DNA of 64,000 bases from Ptychomitrium polyphyllum (Eukaryota): contig OZ316775.1 in the NCBI GenBank assembly GCA_973851085.1, forward strand, positions 6,758,001 through 6,822,000, given 5' to 3'. Of the stretch, positions 57,951 to 64,000 are shown in pieces. The notes below the pieces were generated by a model. It was not told the origin of the DNA. It saw only the letters and a list, made by a program, of their open reading frames with translations, and did no database searches. The position numbers and the translations under genes were made by a program. Numbering within the stretch: position 1 is the stretch's first letter; each line of letters opens with the position of its first letter.

Positions 57951-60159
57951 TCATAACTAGCGCACCACTAAAACTATCCCTAAATAAGAGGTCACTCAAT
58001 CTTGAGGAAAGCACACTACTCGAAGCTAGTCAATTCAGTAGGTGCAAACGAAGTTTACCCATAGACTGTCTAAACAGAACGGAGCCAAACAGAGGACAGA
58101 AAGGACGCTGTGCACTTCTCTAATGCAAAATAATTTACAAGGTTGAAACAGTGCCTGAAGTAACGTAGACAGAGATTCAACTGCAATCATACGTCTCATC
58201 AATCAAGGCGCAATGCGCATCCAGCTCCTCTCCCACCGTGTATAGCTATCAGATCCTCCAGCTGCTCCACCGATCCCTTAGAAATAGCTTTCGGGTTTCA
58301 AAGTGCTAAAGAAAAATGAGAAGCTATACCTTGTTGCTCGAGTTTTATGCAGTCACGCAGCTCCTAGATCCGGCAATGACTTGCAGCACACTCACAACGT
58401 GTCTGCAATCCATCCTCATAATTCCTTACTTGCACAATGAGGTAGTCTAGGAAACCAACTTCTCAGAAGGTGGAAGATGAAACAGACAGACAGAGCAGAG
58501 GGATGATGAGATGTGGATGAATGCACGTGCACAAGTAAAATGCCGATCGGAAAGGAGGATAAGTCGCCGTGGTGCGTGGCTATGTGTTCGGATGATTTGT
58601 TTGTTTTTAAAGGAAAGACAAATACTTGTGTAAACGGATGTTGGTGCAATAAACTCTGCACCAGGGTCGCCAGTTAGAGCAGGATATGCTGCCGCGAGCA
58701 CGGTTAGGGACAGGATGGCAGAGGACTCGCAAAGTGGTGATGCTGCCGTGAATGCTGCATAAGCCAGGCAAACAGACTGCATAAGCTTTGACTTCAGTAG
58801 CCATGGCATTCAATAAGCATGGGGTGCATCTGGTTCTACAGCCCATGTAAGTTAGACTTTTGACAATCCAGGTGCTACTCTAATCCGCGAAACGTTGAAC
58901 ATATTCTACACATGGGGTATGCTGAATCATGTCGCGTTGATCTGGCACGGTTTCGTTCGGAAACATGTCTTGTGAAGTTGTTTGACTCCAAAATCCGTGG
59001 CAGTTGATTTAGTCTGGTACATTGTTTTTATCAAGGATTTAAGCGATATCCTATCTCAATAGAGTAACCAATCAACATTTCGCATAAGGTTTAATCAGCT
59101 GAGAAAGAAGCTAGCAGGGTGGAAGAAGTCGTTGATGTTAGGATTTACAAATGAGCTGCTTCAACAACACGACGGTGTGTAAAACAATGAAAGTCTTTGT
59201 TCAGGATAGAATGGCTGATGATTATACTGACATGGCATCTACAAGTGCTCTTGAAGTGCTGTCCTGCGATATTTTCTTGTCGAAACAAAGTCACAAGGTG
59301 TTCGCAGGCGTTTGTTTTGGCTGCTAGGAGATCATCTGTCTGCAATAGCCTACTTGAGTAGAGTACATGTAACTTAGAACGCATACTGTAGAAGAGCTAA
59401 AATGGATATCACCATGTTTACGATACTCCTAGAAGCGGTTCCCAGGGTCTCGTCATACGAACTCTTGCAGCGACATCTACACAGACTCGCAATCCAGCTG
59501 GACCTAAAATTTCCATGATCAACATGAAATTCTAAACTAGTTCATGAAAAATCTTTTGAACTAGGTATTTGCAGTTCCAAGGAGCATCAGAGAAGGCACA
59601 TTGATGCGGTTGTTGTATTTCACGTGAACAAACCTAACTGAGCGAAAATATAATAACAACGAGACCAGAGGAGGATTGCCATCGTATTCCAAAAAGGTGA
59701 CAAGCTGGCTAGCATCTCGACAATCAGATGAGGGTTTTGTATTAGAAATTGAAGCCCCTTCCATCACAAACGAGAGAAGACAAATAATGTTGCTATTCTT
59801 CTAGACAAACAGAGCTGGACGACACTGGTAACGCTTCTCGAAATACTCATCCTTCCATGTCATATACACAAAATGTCCACAAGATTTCTTCTTACAAGCC
59901 ATCCCGTTGCCAAGATACTTCCCATGCAAGTCTAGATACATTGCTCTCAAATATGAATCGACCAGGATCTACGCCTCTACTCAAAGTGAAAATGAGTAAA
60001 GATTTATACCGACTTAAATCTTGAGACGTCATTTCCGCCAATTAAAGATTGCAGATATAATAACAATCGAAAGACTACAACAGCTTTCAGACTCCAATAG
60101 GTTTCAGGCTGTGAACCATGTAGCTTGAGTCCAAATAAACATAGAGCTAGACCAAGGTT

Positions 60160-61434
60160 TTAGGCAACTAAAGCTGCGGGCCATGTAGCTTGAGATGACA
60201 TAATGATGCCTACAATAACTCCAAATAGACCTAGAGCACTCCCAAAGATTTCAATAACTAAAATCTTGACGAACAATGTGGAGTTTTGAGCATCTGAGAG
60301 TGCACAACTGCTGCCTATGATACCTACGCACAGCCTGCCACAAAAACGAGTGCAATTTTTTATTCACGGATCAATACTTAAACTAGTAAGTTCAAAGTAT
60401 ATCATGATTCGTAAACAAAGGAAAACTGGAACTGTATGGAACATATTGAGCCTTGGCAGATTGTCAGACACATGCACCACAAAGAAGGATCAAGTGGATT
60501 GCTCGCTCGCCCGTCTTCCGGTTGAACTCCTTAAACAAGACTCGTTCTTATTTTGAAACCTAAGATTGGAAAAGCAGGAAGGCCAGAAAATGATAACTTA
60601 CCCACACAATAGGTTTGCAAAGCCAACAATAATTCCTGAAGCGAACAACGAGTAGCCAGCACGCATGGAATCAGGATGAAATGGCTGCTTTGTTGCCTCT
60701 AACTTGGTCTGCAGTATAATGGCTACAATTACTCCGTAGATAGCCACTGCTTCGCAAAAAATCACACTGCAAGTATTTGTACATTCAATTAGTGACTTGC
60801 TGATTCGGTACACCAAAACCAAAAGCCTAGCACAATACAAATGCAAAAACCAAATCACTTCCGTCAAAATCCTCAGTTCACCTGATCAGATTCTTCGACG
60901 TGATGCGAGGAGCCTTGATTGCTGCACCTATGAGACTGCTCCCGGTTATGTAAATCCCCCTGTTGCAAATGTAAACTCAAAATAAGCCCAATAGGTCACC
61001 CAGCAAAAAACCCAACAGCACCTAAACCCCAGACAACAGCACTCATGAACTGAAGAAATCCTACAGATAAACTCCTACAGAGAACTCCTGCAAAAGCATA
61101 CGCGAGCTTCCATCTCGCGTATATAACCGTCGAGCTTACATAAACGTCACAGCGTTGCCTTCGCTACAAAAACGGTCTCGTTCGAATCTCCAAACCTAAA
61201 ACCTAAGTACTTCCACAGCGTCGCGATTCCCGCTTCAAAGTGTAAACGATGAACTAATGAAGAGAAAGAAGTGCGGTTCGCTTGAAGAAAAGCGGAAAGA
61301 GAGAGATTAACTCACCACGAAGCTCCGAGAACGGACACACCAATTGAGATCGCAATTCCAATGGCCGAGTACACATAGGGTGACATGTAGAGCAACGCAT
61401 GAGTCCACGCATACCACCACGCCACGAACCCCAT
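60160..61434 (-). CDS. VHA-c'': V-type H+-ATPase proteolipid subunit c'' (21 kDa), 4 exons (~61316-61434, 60881-60959, 60602-60767, 60160-60334)
   Basis: [65 protein letters not shown]...[52 protein letters not shown]. Confidence 0.96.
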
Positions 61435-64000
61435 CTCAGCAGATTTACAACGTGAATTCGCGCAACCAAAGGATTCCTCCCCGTGCTCCTCCTCCTCTCT
61501 CCCTTGTATCCAATCCGCACCACTCCAACTAAAGTCACACCGAACTGACGGAACCCGCTGAGCTCCGCACCTCGCAGATCGCTCCCACCGAATTGAAGCC
61601 CTGCCCTAAAGCTCGAGCTCTGCGTCGCAACGCAAGCAACGCAAACCAAGACGCGACGCCTGGGAAGGCACCCCCTAAACGCGCCACTGCCTCCGGGAAC
61701 GCATTCCCCACACCGTCCTCGTCCCAGAAACCGGCACCATCTACCATGAGCATCAGTCTTACATCACTCATTCTACCATGGTGTGCATGATGTTTTCCTA
61801 GTGTACAGCAGCGGCTCGATCTGGTACTCCAAAACCGACATTATCTGGGTCTGTTGCACGTCGCAAGTCCTAGCGAGTGTGAGCCTATTAGTAAAAGTAA
61901 CGCTTTTAAATACCAAGACGGTTTGAGATACTCCTCATTCATCACAGTAACGAATAGGAACGTCGAACGAGCAGCCCGCGACACCGCGAGTGTCCGTCGG
62001 TGGATGGACGAACTTCAAACTACGATTTGAATGATCGTCGATGAAATAAGTACGAAGTGGTTGTGGACGAGAATGAAGTCCAGGATGAGTATCATCGTTG
62101 AAGTGGATGAATAGTATCGATGTTTGTACTGTTGAGCACCGTTTTGCGGTGTTTGGGGCGTCGTAGATCGTACGGTGCCAGTGTTTCGAGATCTCGTGCA
62201 TGAGATCATTGTACTGGTTGTGATGATCATAGTAAGAAGAGATTAAGTTGCAGAGGTGGGTGCAGTGGCGAGTTATTCGGACAGAGATGTAGATTTTTAG
62301 TTCTTACTTAAGGCATCGTTGCATGCGGTGATCTTTTGAAGTTGCCTTCTTGAGTTTCTGGGGTGTGAGTGTTGGGGGCTGATGCTAGTTTAGTCCTCCA
62401 TATCGAATTACTCCAACTTCTGTTTGAGGATATTCATATCCGATGTTGTTCTGGATCCTAGTGGAGGTGTGAAGACGACGGGGTTAGAGAAGATTACGAC
62501 AGGTGTGTGGAGCTATGGCCGTATGATTCAGTTTCAGACTAAGTGCTTCATTTCTCTGATAATTCAGTTCTCTAGTGTAGCCAGCGGTGATAAACTTCAC
62601 ACTTTGTAAATCGGCATATTTCTCACCCCTAAATTCGAAAGTAGTACCCAATCGCTTGGACGATTGTGTACCATTTCCAGATCTTTGCATCCGTGACCTA
62701 ATTGCATTTTATCAACCCTTGACTAATCCACTGAAAGCGACTAATCTTTATACTGGGTCCTGCTAGTCACTACGACAGGAACGTCCTGTTGCGAAGTCCA
62801 TAGCTATGAGCTGGTACTTCCATCTAATTCCAACGACTCGGTAATTTTAAAAGCCGTACAGTAAATGAAGATAGGATTGAGCTGGTCACTCTTAGTTAGT
62901 GGGTATCATGATTCTTCCTTGGCTTCTGCCTTCAAATCATGAAACTGAGAAAATGGTAGATAATGGTGTTGAGAGCAGCAACTGCATTCTGAAACCTGCA
63001 CAACGAATTAAGTCAATCAAAACAAGTCATTGGTGATGTCTGATGATGAATCATTTGACAAGCTAGTTACAGTAGTACAGACATGTATATACATAGCGAT
63101 GTTAGTACATATGATAGGGCGATATTATTAGAGAAATGAAGATTAGCAATGACTCGCACTGAGCGAGATCTGATAACTTGAATCCGCATGTGCTTAGTCA
63201 AAATGCTAGTGATAACTTATGATGTTTACAACGTTGATCTACTTGGCTGCAACTCCAGAGCCTGATTGCACATGCTGGGGACCAGCAAAGAGCAGGCTCA
63301 GAATTGACAATTTATGAAATAAGTAATAATTTTTCGCTCATGCTGCTCTGACGCTAGTTCAGCTGGACTGGTCAGTATGATAATAAGAGACTGTTTCAGT
63401 TGGAGGATGATATTTGACTTGAGATCATGGTTGCCTATCTTCGATCTTTATGCCAAACTCAAAGAGTACCACTCCGTAAGTAATCTCGTCCAACCGTTTG
63501 GCATTTTCCATTGAATTGTAACACATTGCAGGTTGCATTTGCACTATGAGGAGACTTCTCAAAATTTAGGACAGATTTCCACAATTTTTGCCATTTGCAA
63601 GCTCAAGATTTTCTATGCCACTCTATACAATGGTGTATATAGTAGTATAATTGATTTGCAAATTGGCTATTACAAGGGCTGAACTTAATAGCCTGCATTC
63701 ATGTAGAGCACACACTCACTAGAACATAAACAAGATTCTAGTTATTAGTTGGTCCAAGCTTGCTCATGCTAAGCGACTTAAAATGCGCTTAATTTCTTGC
63801 ACTAGAAGGTTGTGGGATTATAATTTAGGTGGCATGATGATATAGTTAATGATGAGTCATCTCCTTCCAACATTTGAATTATTTGCTCCATCATTGGTCA
63901 AAATGGTTGTTGAGAAATGAAACATAGTTACAATGTGATTAAGTTGGTTGTAAAAAAGTAGTGATTGCTATAAAATTTAGAAATCCGAATTTTTTTTGGT

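Noticed and set aside
58416..58846. Minus-strand ORFs (79-120 aa) upstream of rvt as a possible partner gene
   Set aside because: No recognisable domain and overlapping ORFs in all three frames, so they cannot be supported as coding without expression data.
60116..60195. 14-bp repeat CCATGTAGCTTGAG at the end of VHA-c'' and in its 3' UTR
   Set aside because: Too short to support function; probably a trace of a small local duplication.
61935..62690. Short ORFs and a possible + strand leader diverging from VHA-c''
   Set aside because: No identifiable coding exons within the window.

Overview
Eukaryotic, intron-rich plant nuclear DNA. It is most likely a moss, judged from the gene content and the AT-rich decayed transposons between genes; the organism is inferred, not proven. 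Intact-looking spliced genes: a small unknown 3-exon gene (+), a KUP/HAK/KT K+ transporter (+), an alpha-expansin (+), a plastid-type FAD-dependent oxidoreductase (-), a phytepsin aspartic protease (+), a DHHC palmitoyltransferase (+) and V-ATPase subunit c'' (-). A BNR/sialidase-like gene (-) carries an apparent 1-nt frameshift. The standout is an intronless 992-aa rvt-type cellular reverse transcriptase (54972-57950, -; YRIHDD motif). It has no transposon features and carries a 79-aa N-terminal extension resembling an organellar transit peptide, with a second in-frame ATG at the position where fungal-type RVTs begin. Also notable are a GST (iota/cyanobacterial-like) pseudogene nested in an intron of the oxidoreductase gene, and a solo LTR with a 5-bp target-site duplication inside a CACTA remnant. 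Exon boundaries were read by eye and may be off by a few bases.
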